A stretch of 64,000 nucleotides of DNA, from assembly GCF_036321535.1 (NCBI RefSeq), contig NC_087437.1:25856001-25920000 (forward strand), given 5' to 3'. The position numbers were made by a program, and so were the translations under genes. Under the pieces are notes generated by a model. That model ran no database searches. It was not told the origin of the DNA and saw nothing but the letters and a program-made list of their open reading frames with translations. The stretch is from Camelus dromedarius. Lineage: Eukaryota. Below, in pieces: positions 27,080-41,372 of this stretch (position 1 is its first letter; the number at the start of each line of letters is the position of its first letter).

Positions 27080-28034
27080 GAGGGTGACATAATTGAAAAT
27101 GGAAGATTAAGGATTTCTAAAAACTCTCTTCCGTAAAAGCAATGAAAAAACTAGCAAAAACTGTCAGAATCAACTTTTTCAGAATGATAGAAACTAACCA
27201 AAGGATTGCAGAAACCCAGGGAGTCTTAATTCAAGAAAATGGCTGAATGTTAGTGCCCTAGCCCCATCTCTGGCTCTCAGCTACATGGTAGTATTTAAAA
27301 ATAACAACCTGCTGGGATTCTTGGTGCAGCCTAGCAGTTAGAGGGACACACTGGAGCAGAATCTTTTGAAGATTCATTCCTATAGATTTGTCATTATTTG
27401 ACCTGCATGGTGGTTCACTAGAAGATTCCCACTTGCGAAGCTGTTTCTATTTAACCTCTGAGCTTTCCCAATACCAAAAACCTCTCCCTTGGGTGGGTGT
27501 TTGTCAAAAGCAATTTTACAGTCAGTGAGCAATAGCTGGGGCATAAAAAAATAATAACCAAAGGGCTTAAAAGGAAAAACTGGGGAATAAGATGTCCATA
27601 GGGGCTTTGGAAAGCTCCAACATATTCCTGGGAATCTAGAAGGCCAAATGCAAGCACAGGGCTGTAAGGCATCTCAGGAAAGACCTGAGAAGGCCCTAAG
27701 CTCTAACCTCTGGCTGAACCTGAAGCTCTTAATAGGCAGGAAATAAAGGCTAAGGAAGAGTCATCAACTGCCTAGGTGAGTGTTGAAGGAGTGCCCCAAA
27801 TGCACACAGATCCTCTAGGGATATGTGTACTGGGAAATGTACTGGTTCTAGTACAATCATTAGCTGACCACTAAGATATCAGCGGCCGGGCACAGCAAAG
27901 AATAGGTCATACAGAGTTAATTTAGAAAAGTTACCAAATAAACAATTACCAAAATCAGCAACAACAAGGAACCCTGGGGAGAAGGAAGAATTTGATTTCT
28001 GGAGTTGCCACATTATTTAAAACATCTACTTTTC

Positions 28035-28075
<41 letters not shown>

Positions 28076-29640
28076 AATGAGACCTAAAGAAACAAGAAAG
28101 TATAGTTCATACATAGGAAAAAAACTATCAGAATCACTTATTCCTAAGGAAGCACAGATGTTTGAACTATTAGAAAAAAATTTAAATTTTAATCTTAAAT
28201 ATATTCAAAAACCTACAGCAAACCATGTCTAAAGAACTAAAGGAAAGCATGAGAACTATTTCTCAATAAATAAAAATTCTGGTGTCAAAAAAGTACAAAG
28301 TTCACTAAAGTTAAAAATTCACGAGAGGCTCAAACAGCAGATATGAGCAGGAAGAAAAAAAATCAGTGAAGCTGAAGACAGGTTAATTGAGATTATAATG
28401 TCTGAGAAACAGTTACAGAGTCTGAGCATCAGAAGGAAAAAAGAATGAAGAAACAGGTCCTGTAGGACAACTGCTAGCATACCTACACACACATTATGAT
28501 TCTCAGAAGGAGGAGAAAAAGAAACAGAATATTTGAAGAAATAATAGCTGAAAACTTCCCAAATTTGATGAAAAAACATTAATCTACATATCTAAGCAGC
28601 TCAACAAACTCCAAGTAAAATAAACTCAAAGAGATCCAAACCCAGACACATCATAATCAAACTGTGGAAAGAACACTGACAGCAACAGAGAAGCAATTCA
28701 TGACTTACAAGGAATCCTCAATAACATTAACATCTGATTTCTCACCAGAAACCACGGAGGCCAAAACACAGTGAGGCAACTTTTCAAAGTGCTAAGAGAA
28801 AAAAAACTCAACCAAGAATTCTGTATCTGGCAAAACCACCCTTCAAAAATAAATTAGAAATTAAGACATTCCCAGATAAACAAAAACTGAGAGAATCCAT
28901 CACCAGCTGACCAGACCTACATGAAACATTAAAAGTAGATCTTCAGGCTTAAATCAAATGCACTAGACAGTAACTTCAATCTACATGATGAAATAAAGAG
29001 TACAGGTAAAGGTAATTGCACAGTACATAATTTTTGGTTGTAACTTTTTCCTATCTGATTTAAAGGGACATAAAGCAATCATAAATCTGTGCTGATGAAC
29101 ATGCATGCAATGTATAAAAGAGTTAATTTGCATAACACCAGCACAAAGGAGTGGTGAGGAAGAGAATGGAGCTGCAAGGAAGAGAATGGAAGAATGGAGC
29201 TATCTGAAAGCAAAGTTTTTGTAAACAACTGAAATTAAGCTGGCACTAATCCAAACTAGATTCTTATGAATTAAGATATTAACTGTAATCCCCAGGGCAA
29301 CTACTAAGAAAACAATGCAAAACGTATAATAAAAGAAACAACCAGGGAACTATAATGGTACATTAGAAAATATTTAATACAAAAGAAGACAGTAACGAAG
29401 GCCAGAACCAAGAGCCAAATATTACATGATTCCGTTTATACGAAATGTCTAGAGTAGGTAAATCCATAGAAACAGAACATAAATTAGTGGATGTCATGGG
29501 CTAAGGGGAGGGAGTAATGTGGAGTGATTACTAATGGGTGCAGGGTATTTTGGAGTGATGAAAATGTTCTAGAACCAGACAACGGAAATGGCTGCACAAC
29601 CTTGTGAATATCTAAAAACTACTGAATTGTACACTTATGA
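27080..29640 (+). mobile_element. Old L1M (5' UTR, decayed ORF1, 3' end)
   Basis: Decayed ORF1-like sequence at 28300-28950; L1M 3'-end-like sequence at 29410-29640; boundaries approximate. Confidence 0.7.
28034..28075 (+). repeat. (CAA)14 microsatellite
   Basis: Direct count. Confidence 0.97.
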
Positions 29641-29649
29641 ATGGTGAAT

Positions 29650-30265
29650 TTCAAAAAGATACATGCACCCCAATGTTCATAGTAGCACTATTTACAACAG
29701 CCAAGACATGGCAACAACCTAGATGTCCATCAACAGATGACTGGGTAAAGAAGCTGTGGTATATTTATACAATGAAATACTACTCAGCCATAAAAAATAA
29801 TAAAATAATGCCGTTCGCAGCAACATGGATGGACCTGGAGATTGTCATTCTAAGTGAAGTAAGCCAGAAGGAGAAAGAAAAATACCATATGATATAACTT
29901 ATATGTGCAATCTTAAAAAAAAAGAAAAGAGAGAGAAACAAACTTATTTACAAAACAGAAACAGACTCACAGACATAGAAAACAAACTTATGGTTACCAG
30001 GGGAGAAAGGGGAGTGAAGGGATAAATTAGGAGCTCAAGATTTACAGACGTTAACTAATATACATGAAATAGGTAAACAACAAGTTCATACTGTACAGCA
30101 CAGGGAACTATATTAAATATCTTACAGTAACTTATGGTGAAAAAGAATATGAAAACAAATATATGTATGTTCATATATGACTGAAGCATTGTGCTATATA
30201 CCAGGAATTGATGTGTAAATTGACTATACTTCAATAAAATATATTTATACACATTAATAAAAAAG
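29650..30265 (+). mobile_element. Young L1 3' fragment inserted in an older L1M 3' end
   Basis: ORF 29637..29897 is L1 ORF2 C-terminus-like (CTPMFIVALFTTAKTWQQPRCPS); 3' UTR and A tail. Confidence 0.88.
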
Positions 30266-32335
30266 CATCCAAAAAATGGTTTTTATCGTATGTGAATTAC
30301 TTCAATTTTTTAATTGCCTGAAAAAGACACAGGAAAGCTGCTTTAAACCTATCTCAGTATCTGTCTACTGACTCAAGAGACTATGGCCTGATAAACCAGA
30401 TTATCAGACAAATATTCCTTTCTAGCTCTTTGAAGCCAGACTAAAAGAGTACATAGTGTATGATTCAATGTATATGAAACTCTAGAAAGGCTAATCTACA
30501 GTGATAGAAAATAGACTGGTGGTTCTTAGGGCAAGGCAAAGATGAATGATTACAACAGGATGCAAGAGAACTTTCAGGGATGATAAAAATGATCTATATC
30601 TTGGTTGGAGTGCTGATTATTAGGTATATATCTTTGTTAAAACTCTTAAAATCACATATTTAAAATGTGTGCATTTATAAATATATATATCAATCACATC
30701 TCAATAAAGCCGAAAAGGTTGCAAACAGTAAGTATGCAAAGATAAATACCTCAATTTTTATTACAATACTTTTTATCAGTGATCAACTCCAAAATGCCCA
30801 TCAACAAGGAAATTAAAAGTACCATATAGATTTGTATTGACGTGAAAAGATATTCCTAATATTTTACTTTAAAAAAAGGTGACTACTATAAAAGGCACAA
30901 TATAATCTCATTATTATTAATACATAATATAATTTCAATTCACATGTATATGTTCACAGAGTAAAGTGTAGAAGATATAACAAAGTGCGTTAAGTTGTGG
31001 TTGTGGATTTAGGGAGACTTAATGCTTTTTCTCTTAGCCATTTTAAAATAATAAATGTGTATTACTTATAAAATAGTAATACATATTTTGAAAAATAAAA
31101 AAATTAAGTGATTACTTTTAATCAGCCCATCATATTTTTACTAGCTTACCAGTGCCATGGAAATTATTCTAAGACCAACAAATAGTGATTGTTCTAAAAT
31201 CAGTAACAACCATGATCTAATATTTCACAATAGTTTAAAATAATTTAAAAATAATGTTAAGTTCTGAAAAAATTTCACAAATCCAAAATAGGAAAGCTCA
31301 GAAGTGAGTATGAGAGCTAGAGAACAGATGGATATATAAATTCAGTAAGAACTGATAGACACCACGAAAAAATTAGAATAGAAAAACTTTCAGAATTAAA
31401 GACTAAAGTAGAAAGAACACAGAAGTGAACAGATCTCATTTTTTAAAAAACATGGTAAGGGAAATATATGATAAAAAATAGAAAAGTGAAAAATATGATC
31501 TAAAAGATTTCAGAGGACTTAATAGATATATAAAAATGGCATACATATATGCAGAGAAGATCTAAAACAAAGAGTAGAATCTAGTCCTCTGAAAAAGAAA
31601 AACAAGCTTTACAACAAAGCAAACATTTAAAAATAATTAAAGAAATTTTTCTGAAATAGAAGAAAATTAAGTTACAGAACAGTCAACACTGAGACATAAC
31701 CTAATGAAACTATAATACTTTTAAGATAAGGAAAAATATTCTTTAGTTATCCAAGCCAAAAAATTTCAATTCACTTATTTTGGAGAGAAATCATATTGCT
31801 ATCAGAATTTTAACCAGCAACATTTCATATAACATCAAGATTTCATGGAGAGAAAATATGGGTCAAGGATTTCATATTCAACCAAACTGCCTTTGAAGCA
31901 TAAATATCACAATTACAAACACACAGAAACTCAGGAAATATTGTTCCTTTCAAAGGAATCCCCTAGACAACACACTTCAACACATTTCAGACAATCACAA
32001 AATAATCTTAGACGCTCTGATATTATAAAGAAAACACAGGAAAACAGAAGACTAGACAAATCTAGATCATGGAATTCTTTCCCAAGGAATCTCCTGCAAA
32101 ACATGCTTTAGAAAACCAAAAAATGATCTGAGAAGCTTCAACATAAAAAAAAAAAAAATGGGGGAATGGAAGACCTGACAAATTCAACTTTTCACAGAAT
32201 ATATCTAGTTTCTGCAATAAATCAATGACCAGAAACAAAGGATAGGTGGGTGACTTATGAGACTTGACAGCCAAGGGTAATATTATTAATTTTTTTGAAT
32301 CAGGATCAAAACAAGTTAACTATAAAAACACACTT

Positions 32336-32467
32336 TTGTTGTTTGATTTGGGGGGGGATTAGGTTGGTTGGTTTGTTTGTTTGTTTTTCATGGAGGTACT
32401 AGGGACTAAACCTAGGACCTCATGCATGCTAAGCAGGTGCTCTACCACTTAAGCTATACCCTCTCCC
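32336..32467 (-). mobile_element. Vic-1-like SINE
   Basis: tRNA-like A/B boxes; tail of (AAAC)n type. Confidence 0.8.
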
Positions 32468-32506
32468 TAAAAAAAACATTTTTAAACAATCAAGAAAACT
32501 GATTAT

Positions 32507-32601
32507 ATCAAATACATGTATGTATATGCATGACTGGGACATTGTGCTGTACACCAGAAATTGATACACTGTTATTGACTGTACTTTAGTTAAAAAAAAG
32601 A
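32507..32601 (+). mobile_element. Very short L1 3' end with 15-bp TSD
   Basis: TSD AAGAAAACTGATTAT at 32492-32506 and 32602-32616. Confidence 0.85.
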
Positions 32602-33527
32602 AAGAAAACTGATTATGGATAAGCTATCAGCTATAATAGGGAATTATTATTAATTTTGTTAAGTATAATAATGACCTAAGAAAATGTCTGAATTTTTTTA
32701 TAGATACACACTTAAATGTTATAAAGTGATACAGTTGGAATTTTTAGTACAAAAGAAAAGCAGAAAAAGTAATGAAGCAAATGTGCAAAAAACTTGTTAA
32801 CTGCTGAATCTGGATCATGGGTATGTAAGTTTATTATATTATTCTTTTATACATGTTTGAAATTTTTCATAATTAAAAATATAAAACTAGAGAGGTATCA
32901 TCCAGATAATGCAGAGGCACACTAGACAACCTTAACAAAGACAACTGCTTTCTGTCTCTGTTCTCACACTCAAGCACACACATACACACTGCGGAGAACA
33001 GAGACAGAGAAAGATAAATACGGGAAGAAAAAATGGGAGACAGTCTTCCTATAGAAAGAAAATAAAAAGGTCCTAAAAATAGACAATCTCTTATCTAGCA
33101 GGAGTTGATCTTCCTAAATTAAAAATATTAAAGTGCAGAAATGTGCTGAAGGACATAAGAGGAGAAAGCAATGGACTGACTTGGAAGTCATTTTGCAAAT
33201 GTACCACACAGTATCTGTTTTTTGGGCAAATCATTTAACTTTCCTAAGCTTCAGTTCTTCAGTTCTAGAAGGGGATAACAGATGTCTTATCTACCTCAGA
33301 GACACTGTAGTGAGTGATCAAATGACACTATACAGATACAAGTGCTTTGTATATTGTAACCATGATATAAAGGTAAAATAAGATGAGTAGTTAGGCATTT
33401 GTTATCTCTTGCTCAGATATATTTCAATTACTTAATGTAAAATAAATATTAACTGTATAAATTATCTTATTTTCTAGGCTAGTAACATATCACATCACAT
33501 TAACTTAATATCTAATGTTATACTCAC

Positions 33528-33735
33528 TACTCCTGTGTAATAGCGTAGACCAACTACATGACCTCTCAAAGTTCCAAATAAAACTGAATCAAGCTCTTCA
33601 TCACTAGTTAGGAAGTCATCTGGAGGAATAATATCTTGGAATTCAAAACGGGGAAAGAAAGTTGGATATGAAAGGCGTGGAAAATTTCCATGGATTCCGT
33701 ACTGGACAGTCTGCAAGTACTTCCAAACAGGATCT
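33528..33735 (-). CDS. HLTF: HLTF exon 2 (DPVWKYLQTVQYG...GHVVGLRYYTGV), start of HIRAN domain
   Basis: AG/GTGAGT boundaries, 208 nt, in frame with exon 1; overlaps ORF 33495..33848. Confidence 0.96.
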
Positions 33736-34499
33736 CTATTTAATTTAAAAAAAGGGGGGGAGGGGGACAGAAAGACAATACAATATTTAATCAAGTATTT
33801 CTCTAAGACTATACCATATTTAAAGCCAATTGCTTTCTCACACTTCATTTCAACAAATTAAATCTTATGTGGGTGTATTATGTAAAAATTTGAATCGAGT
33901 TCCTATTAGACTCTACTTAATTAAAGCAGAGAATGGAGTGAGTGGAGGCTTCTAGAAACCCTACTTGTTGAATAATGTCTCTTCTACCCACAGAAAGTGA
34001 AAACCCCAATAAGGGGTTACAAATCTCTTTCCTAGTGATGATCACCTACTTAAACTGAAATGCTATGCGATGTGTGTAACTAATTATATGCCAAAATTTC
34101 AACAGACATTGAGCTAGAAGAGACTTGCAAATATAGAATTTTTTAAAACATGAAGCCATTTATATCCTTACAAATACAAATTTAGCATCATTACCCTAAT
34201 TCCCTTCGAACAGAAAAACCCATATTTTATTCAGGTATCCCAACCATGCCACCATGGGAAGTTGACCTCAATCCTCCCACTCCCTCAATCCCGACATATA
34301 ACTGTTTAAGGGCTCCCTCAATCCCCTGATGGATAACTGTTTCCTGAACGGGTACATGAATCAATTTGGACAACGAAAAGTAAGAGGAAGTCGGCTGGGA
34401 GGGCTTCCAGGAAGCTTCTACTCTCCTAAGGACGGATAGAAGCTATCTCCCCTGCATTTTCCGGCACGTCTCGCATACCGCTTTTGGCTTTTCTGCAAA

Positions 34500-35580
34500 T
34501 GTATTATTTTGCATGTCGGCGCAAGCACATCAACTGTGAGCTACCTGGGGACAGGAGCTGTCTTACCCAGCCCTTTATGCCGAGCACAACGCCCAGCTCA
34601 CACTGGGTATCTAATACGTGTTTTGTGGGGAAAAGCAAAGGACGCGATCCTGGCTAAGGGTTGGAGCTTTGACCCCAGGACCCCCACAGCCCTTGTCAGA
34701 GATTTCCCCGAGACCCTGGCACCAGAGGAGCGAGAGGAGCCTCCCCGCACCAGCCAAGACTACGCGTTTATTTCCCCCGCGGCTACAGGAGCCGCCAGCC
34801 GGACGAACACCAGCTGCAGAGATCGCAGAGGGAACGCGAAGGAAACGCGGGGAAGGTCAGGTTCATTTGGGGACGCCGCGGGGCCGTTATCCCCGGCGCC
34901 CCACCCCCTTCGCCCCTTCACCTCTTGAACATCCAGGACATGGCGCTGAGTGGGTGACGAGGGGAACGCCTGGGCTCCCGGAATCGTTATCGAGCCGCCT
35001 CGATACACCTCCTTCCAGGCACCACCGCCGAGAAGCCGGGGACGGATTCCGAGCGCAGAACTAAGAACGCGCTGCTGAAAGGCAAGACGCCGCGAGGCCA
35101 GTCAGACGTCGACGCCGTCTCCTTCCAGCAACAATCTGAGAGACGAGCGACGCTTTGTGACTGGCACTGGGAATGTCCAATCCCGATGAAGGGCCTACGG
35201 AGACGAACCAATCAGGGCACTGAGAGGAGCGCAACTCCTCCCCGCGTAGAGATTCAAAGACTGTGGGGGGTCCCGGCTGCAGGGGCGGTTCCATCCGGGT
35301 TCTTCCCAGCCCCGGAGACAGGCGCGCGGGAAAACCACGCGGCCCCGCGAGCTCGACTGCGGTGCCCGCTGTGTCAGCGATTCTCTCAGATTCCCTTCCT
35401 CAAACGGGATAACGACTCTCCATTCCACTGTTTCCGTCAAGCCCTAAACCTAAGCCCCTTTCCTGAGACCCTACGCCATCCAGCCTCTAATTTAATCTTC
35501 ATCTGATGTGACGTATAGTAGGATCTTGCACTGAATAAACTACGCGCTTTACGAGCCCTGGAACTACCAGCGAGACCCTT
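34500..35580. promoter_or_regulatory. HLTF CpG-island promoter
   Basis: High GC and CpG density around the HLTF start; CCAAT boxes at 35177 and 35208; GC box at ~35282. Confidence 0.85.
34922..34941 (-). CDS. HLTF: HLTF coding exon 1 (MSWMFKR)
   Basis: ATG at 34941 in context GCGCCATG; 20 nt, then a GTGAAG donor; inside a CpG island; matches the recalled HLTF N-terminus. Confidence 0.93.
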
Positions 35581-38500
35581 TAGTTCGTTTCCTGTGGTGA
35601 AACCAGGTAGCTGCCCTCAAAATATTCATTTTAAGCTCCACTAGCGAATCAACGAGACACACCAGCTTTAGAGGGCTTAATTGCAATTTAGAGTTACGGA
35701 GTCCCCCCTCCCTCTGTTTTTTAAGGGAAATTTTTCATTTCTACCAGAAGAAAGCCATTAAATGTGATGAGAGCACAAGAACTCGGTTGGTGACCGCTGG
35801 AAGCCCTCCCAAAGTCCCCTGAGGGCACGGGGCTGTCTCTGCAGGGAGGGAAGAAGCTTGTTTCCCTCGGGGAGCTGTAGGAGGCCCTCCTAAGTGCTTA
35901 AGTGCTCCGTTGCTGGCTTTTGAGTCTGAGGAGACTCAGAATTCGGCTTTGAGGGGACGAGTGGGCCGGCTGCAGCCCAGGTGCTGGCAGGGCTGGTCTC
36001 TGCACCTTGGGAGCCTTTTAACTGGTGCAGCAGCAGCACCAGGGTGAGAAACTGGTGATGGCCCCGACCTGCACTTAAAGCTCAGGGTAACTGTCAAGAG
36101 AATTGCAGGCTCAAAGAGGAAATGTATTTGAGGATGTGATCAGTATTGACCCCTGCACTTCATTGAACGGTCCATTTTACGCTTCCATCAGCGGAGTATG
36201 AGAGGTGGGTCAATGAAACAATTTTTCAAGAGGCATTTGTTTGTTCATTATATTAAACTATCACGATCTGTAAATATGAACCTGCGGTGGAATGAGAAAT
36301 GGAATTTGCAGTACTTATCACTTCACTTCACTAAAAAGAAGGAAGATGATGAGGAAGATGAAGAGTGTGGCATTTCAAATTATTGTAGTTATTTCACTTT
36401 CTTCTGGAAGTATTATGAGGCAGATGGCTATTTGTGGTGTGCCAGATCTAAATAAGTTCTTGGAAAATATGCCAGAAAATGCCCAAATTGAAAATGTTTT
36501 GTGTGTAAAGTTAATAAAGAAGTCATGATCATCCAGACTGGAAAATAAAATTTCAACTATGACAATACAAAATGTAACCCTGACCCTTTCAAGAATTGAC
36601 ACCTATGAGTAAAGACCATCCCATGGTTAAAGAATGTGGATTGAATGAAGAAAACATTTGTTAAAGTCATATTTTTTCCATCTTGTTAATATTTTACATC
36701 TCAGATCTAGCAGTTGAACTTGGACACTCTTTAATCATTCCTTATTTTTATTTTGAAAAATAAAGTACAATTTGTGCTAGTTAGATTTAAATGTTACAAC
36801 ACTTACAAATTCAGAACTATCACACAAGATGTTTTCTGAAAAATGAACATTTGTAACTGAAGGAAGAGAATGGGAACTGTATAGTGGCCTGTGTGTTGCG
36901 CTGATGTGTAAGGAGAATGTCACAAAGAGTAGTGAGGAAGATAAGGGCCAGAGTACATAGAAATTTATGGTCTATAGTAGAGTTTGTATTTTATTTTAAA
37001 TGCAATAGAAAGCCAGCAAATGTTTTAAGAAGAATGATGATCTGCAGTAGGCTTTTACAAAATTCATTCTGGCAGCTCTTTGGAGACTGGATTAAAGGGA
37101 ACAAGAACAGAAACAGAGAGACTGCTTAGTTGATAATTAGGAAACCATTGTGTCCAGGTAAAAGATGATAGCTCGGAATGCAGAGGTGATGAAACCAAGA
37201 TGGCCAAAAGTGTTTGCTGATGAATTTGGATATGGGTGCTAAGGGAGGGGAAAGAATAAAATATTATTCCAGCCACCCACTTACAAACAAGCTTTCTCAT
37301 CCTTTCCCCCACTTCATGCAAATTAAATATGTCACTCCCCTGTGTGATGCTGTTAAGTATGAAATCAAAGAATGGCATGTGTGGCTTTTTATAATCTGTC
37401 CCCTACTTCCCATTCCTGTCACTTCCCAACCCACCCTTCCTATAATGACCTCCACATTCACAAGAAGAAGGCCATTCTCACATGCAGCAAAGTTAATAAT
37501 AAACCAATCCTTGATGTCTTTTAGTAACTAGTTTGTAATCCAATTTTTACAACTGTCTCAAAAAATGTTCTTTTATAGTTTGTTATTAACAAAATAAAAT
37601 TTTGAAGCCCTAGGTAAAGAAAATAAGAATCTGAATTTCCAAGTCTGGCTTCAATACAAAAACTTCTAAGTTTATGTCATAGCTAATAGATTCTAGAAGA
37701 GTATATGATGTTGTAAGAACTTGGGGTTTGTTTTTTTTTTTTTTTTTTTTTGCTTCATTCATCCAAAAGGAGAGAGAGACAAAGTTCAATAGAAGAGATT
37801 TTTGAAATGACTTAGGAGAGTTCACAAAGTAAATATCTAAGTGGGTCTTAGAGAAAGGGCCTGGAATGCCATCACCCTGGGCCAAACACCACAAAGCGAG
37901 GGATGATAGACTGCCTAGCAAAAGTTTCTGGAGATCCTATAAGAAAAGGAAGCTGTGCCTTGTTTTCCAGGGAGTGGCCTCTAGATTCTGCAGATCTGAG
38001 AGAGAGGCTCAGAGATGAGAAATGTGCTAGGGCAGTAGAGAAGTAAAAGCTAATGAAGTGGCTCTGTTAAGGGCACAAGGGCAATTCTGGAAATCCTACA
38101 AGAGTCCTTGGTGAGTCTCCAATACTGTGAAGGCTGCAGATCTTCACTAGATCATGGTTCTAGCAAGCCCAATAGGAGCCTGGTGACTAAAGATGAGGTG
38201 GGTTGAGTTATATCAGCAGGGGGTGCCTGCAGAAGATGAAGTAAAGTCCAAACCTAAGACCCTAAAAGGTAAGAGAAAGAAGACTGAATTTGAAACCTGA
38301 TTTTAACTGAAGTTTTAAAATGAATGAACTACCTGGAAGTGACTAAAGTAAGATACCTCCCACTAGGCAAACTGAAGGTTTAAGACAAATTATTCAATAA
38401 AAATAAAATAAAGTTTTACCTTTGCAAACAGTCAGTAGTTGAAATTAATACATGCTATACATCCATATACACACACATCTCAATGAATTTACATCTAGAT

Positions 38501-39484
38501 ATTTATAGCAGATGCCTCTAGTTGGTTGAATTAGGGGATTTACATTTTCTTCTTTTTGCTTATATGCATGTAAAATGTTCTCTATATTGAACATGTATTG
38601 GTTTTTTGCTATAAGAAAATAATAAAAGATACAAACTAAATTGTAGTAAAGAAATTACCATTTTTCCAACTTTCTGTTTTCATTTTAAACTTACAGAAAA
38701 GTTGCAAAATTAGTAGAAAAAGTTCCCTCACATCTCTTACCCCATTTAACAACATACATAATCACAGTATTAAAAGCAGGAAGTTAACACTGATACAGTA
38801 TTTCTGATGCATTTTAAAAAATAAGACAAGGCAGAGGAAATGATAGAAAATAAAATCTTTTGTAACTTATTTATGACTGAATTTTCTTACTCTTAATTGG
38901 GACCCCTACAGATTCTGGGGCAGATTCATGGGCAGAATAACAGCTGACAGGATAGAGGAAGTAATGTAAAATGAATGCCAAGTAAAATTCTTTTTAATAA
39001 TGTAATGCATATCGGGTGCCTGCCTTGAAGTACGCACTCAATAAATGCTCTTATTATTACTATTATTGTTGTAATAGAGTTATTATCTAATGAGTCTTCC
39101 AGCATTTAACAAAGAATATAGTTAATTGAGGCTGATTTCCTTGTGCTCATCAGCAATTTGTTCCTAAATACCAGAATAACACTGTTTCCAAAAGCCAGTC
39201 ATTTTCCCAGGTGCAAGTCCTTGAAACAGACTGAAGTGTTTCATCAAGAACCAGAAGACACTCTGATCCCAACTCCCACTCTGAGAAATCTACAGTGTTC
39301 CAGATTACAGAGGCCTTTCCCAGGAGATAACTGTTTCCTCCTCCTTTAGGCCTTGGCTCACTGTGTGCTCCTACGTGCCAGAAGATCAGAGTTGCTGAAG
39401 CATTAAGCCTGTCTGGGATCTGTCCTCTTCTCTGTTTCCTGTCCAGGATGCTTGTCTCAGCTTCAGGAAAGCACCACTCTGGGC

Positions 39485-39935
39485 TGTTAAAAAGAAAACC
39501 ACGGTCCCAAGATGGCATCACTCATGCTAAAAGCACAAGATACCAAACTTAGACTTAATACCTGATCTTTCAACCTCTCCCAGAAATATAATCTTAATTG
39601 ACCAGTCCAGAATTTTCTGGTCAAACACGAGTAAAGCTCTCTAAATCAATCCATCTCTCCCCCAGAGGAGAAGAGGCAATCTGCATGACAAAACCCTGCA
39701 GTTACCTACCCACCCCACCCCCCAAAATGATGTCCTGGCCTAAAAATAATCCTTTCTTTTCTTTTGCTACTAGCTCCCCTGCCACCCCACCATTCTTCCC
39801 ATAAAAACCTTCCATTTTGTACAACCCCTCTGAGCACTCTTCTGGTTGCTAGATGAGATGCTGCTGGATTCACGAATTGTTGAATAAAGTCTATTAGATC
39901 TTCACATTTATTGGGCTGAATTTTGTTTTTTAACA
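39485..39935 (+). mobile_element. Solo ERV1-like LTR
   Basis: TGTTAA...TTAACA termini, AATAAA at 39883; TSD not recognisable. Confidence 0.65.
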
Positions 39936-41261
39936 GATTCATGAAATTATTTAGGGTTCTTGTCATGGCCATGGTCAAAGTGCTTTTTATTTTAATGAAT
40001 ACTATAAGGAGTGATGAACATTTTTCTGCCTCCTTTATGACTAGAAAATTAAAAGCTTTTAAATCTAAATGCATATTTTTAAAAATTCACATTTGATATG
40101 ATCAAAAACACTATTTTTTAATGTGAGAAACTATATTGTATTAGCAAATCAGTTTTTAGTCAGCATCACAACTTACCAAACTATTGTATCTTACAGCTAT
40201 GCCCTATGCTAATCCTAAAATTAAGGTTTAACTTGCCATTTCAAATAGTCTTTTAGAAAGTTAAAAAAAAACTCTTAAAAACAATCAAATGTATTTCTTA
40301 AATTTGAAAAATTAAGAAAGCATTCAAGTAGATTTTTAGAGCAATTTAATTTCCTGATCTAACAGAATTAGAAACTCCAAGAGATTCAAGTTCATAAACA
40401 GATGAAGTTTTAGGATCAGACTGTATTAAATATTCTGCTTGCACTGCTAACTTTGTAATATTTACAAATAAAATTTTCATTTCTCAAATATTTTTAGGTG
40501 AGGTGTTTGGTCAAAGAGAAATAAGGTAAGATGCACCCCCAGATGAACGTTAAAGCATTGAGGACCTAGGTTAGCATACCAAAGGCAACAAAGTTGGCTG
40601 TAAATATTCCAAAAACTGGAGCTTATCAGGAAAAATAAAGAGTTGGCTACATTATAAATATGTAGAAAGAAAGATAATTAAAAGGACAAGACATACATTT
40701 TTTTACCCACAAAATGCAGATTTTTTTTTAAAGGATGAAAAACACAGCCTGGTATTCTAAGAGGAGCTCCTTTTGATACTTCTGATAAGAGATAAATCAC
40801 TATACACTGTTTTCAAATAAACAGTATTGGAAAGAAAATTTGCAGATAGGAAAGAAGTGTTAGTAACTAACAGATATATATATATTTTAAAATTTTTACT
40901 AAGTACCAAAGAGAATAGGTTTCAGTCTTTTCCCAAGAACTCCTTTATCATTGAAAGATTGTCTAAAACTTGATTTGTTTATTCAGGTTTTTAACCAAGA
41001 GTTTCTTACTAACTTTAACAAACTTGAAATGACATATTTTGAGTAAAATTAATTTTTAAAAGCTTTGTTAAAGCTGTATATTTTAATTGAGGGACTATGT
41101 TTAATTTTTTTATTCCAAATATAGGTGAATAAGTATTATTACCTTTGGGAGGAGTTCCTGGCTTCAGGCTGGGAATTATAGGCTGTATGTGCTAGACACT
41201 TATACACGTAAAAACAAAAGTGACTAGTACACACATCCACTAAGTATAAAATATAAGTTAT

Positions 41262-41352
41262 GGGAGAGGGTGTAGCTCAGTGGTAGAGTGCATGCCTAGC
41301 ATTTATGAGGTCCTCAGTTGAAGCCCCAGTAATTCCATTTAAACAACAAAAC
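41262..41352 (+). mobile_element. Vic-1-like SINE
   Basis: GGGTGTAGCTCAGTGGTAGAGTGCATGCCTAGC...; A-rich tail. Confidence 0.8.
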
Positions 41353-41372
41353 ACCTTTATCTGTCCTTTCTC

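Noticed and set aside
28005..28232. ORF with poly-Asn
   Set aside because: Translation of a (CAA)14 microsatellite inside an old L1.
34030..34120. Possible C/D-box snoRNA in HLTF intron 1 (GTGATGA ... CTGA)
   Set aside because: The CTGA lies only ~14 nt after the C box; no distal D box or terminal stem.
34509..35506. Cluster of 70-150 aa ORFs around the HLTF start
   Set aside because: By-products of CpG-island composition; the real coding part is the 20-nt exon 1.
41262..41340. tRNA-like sequence
   Set aside because: Degenerate cloverleaf, A-rich tail and several diverged copies in the window indicate a SINE, not a tRNA gene.
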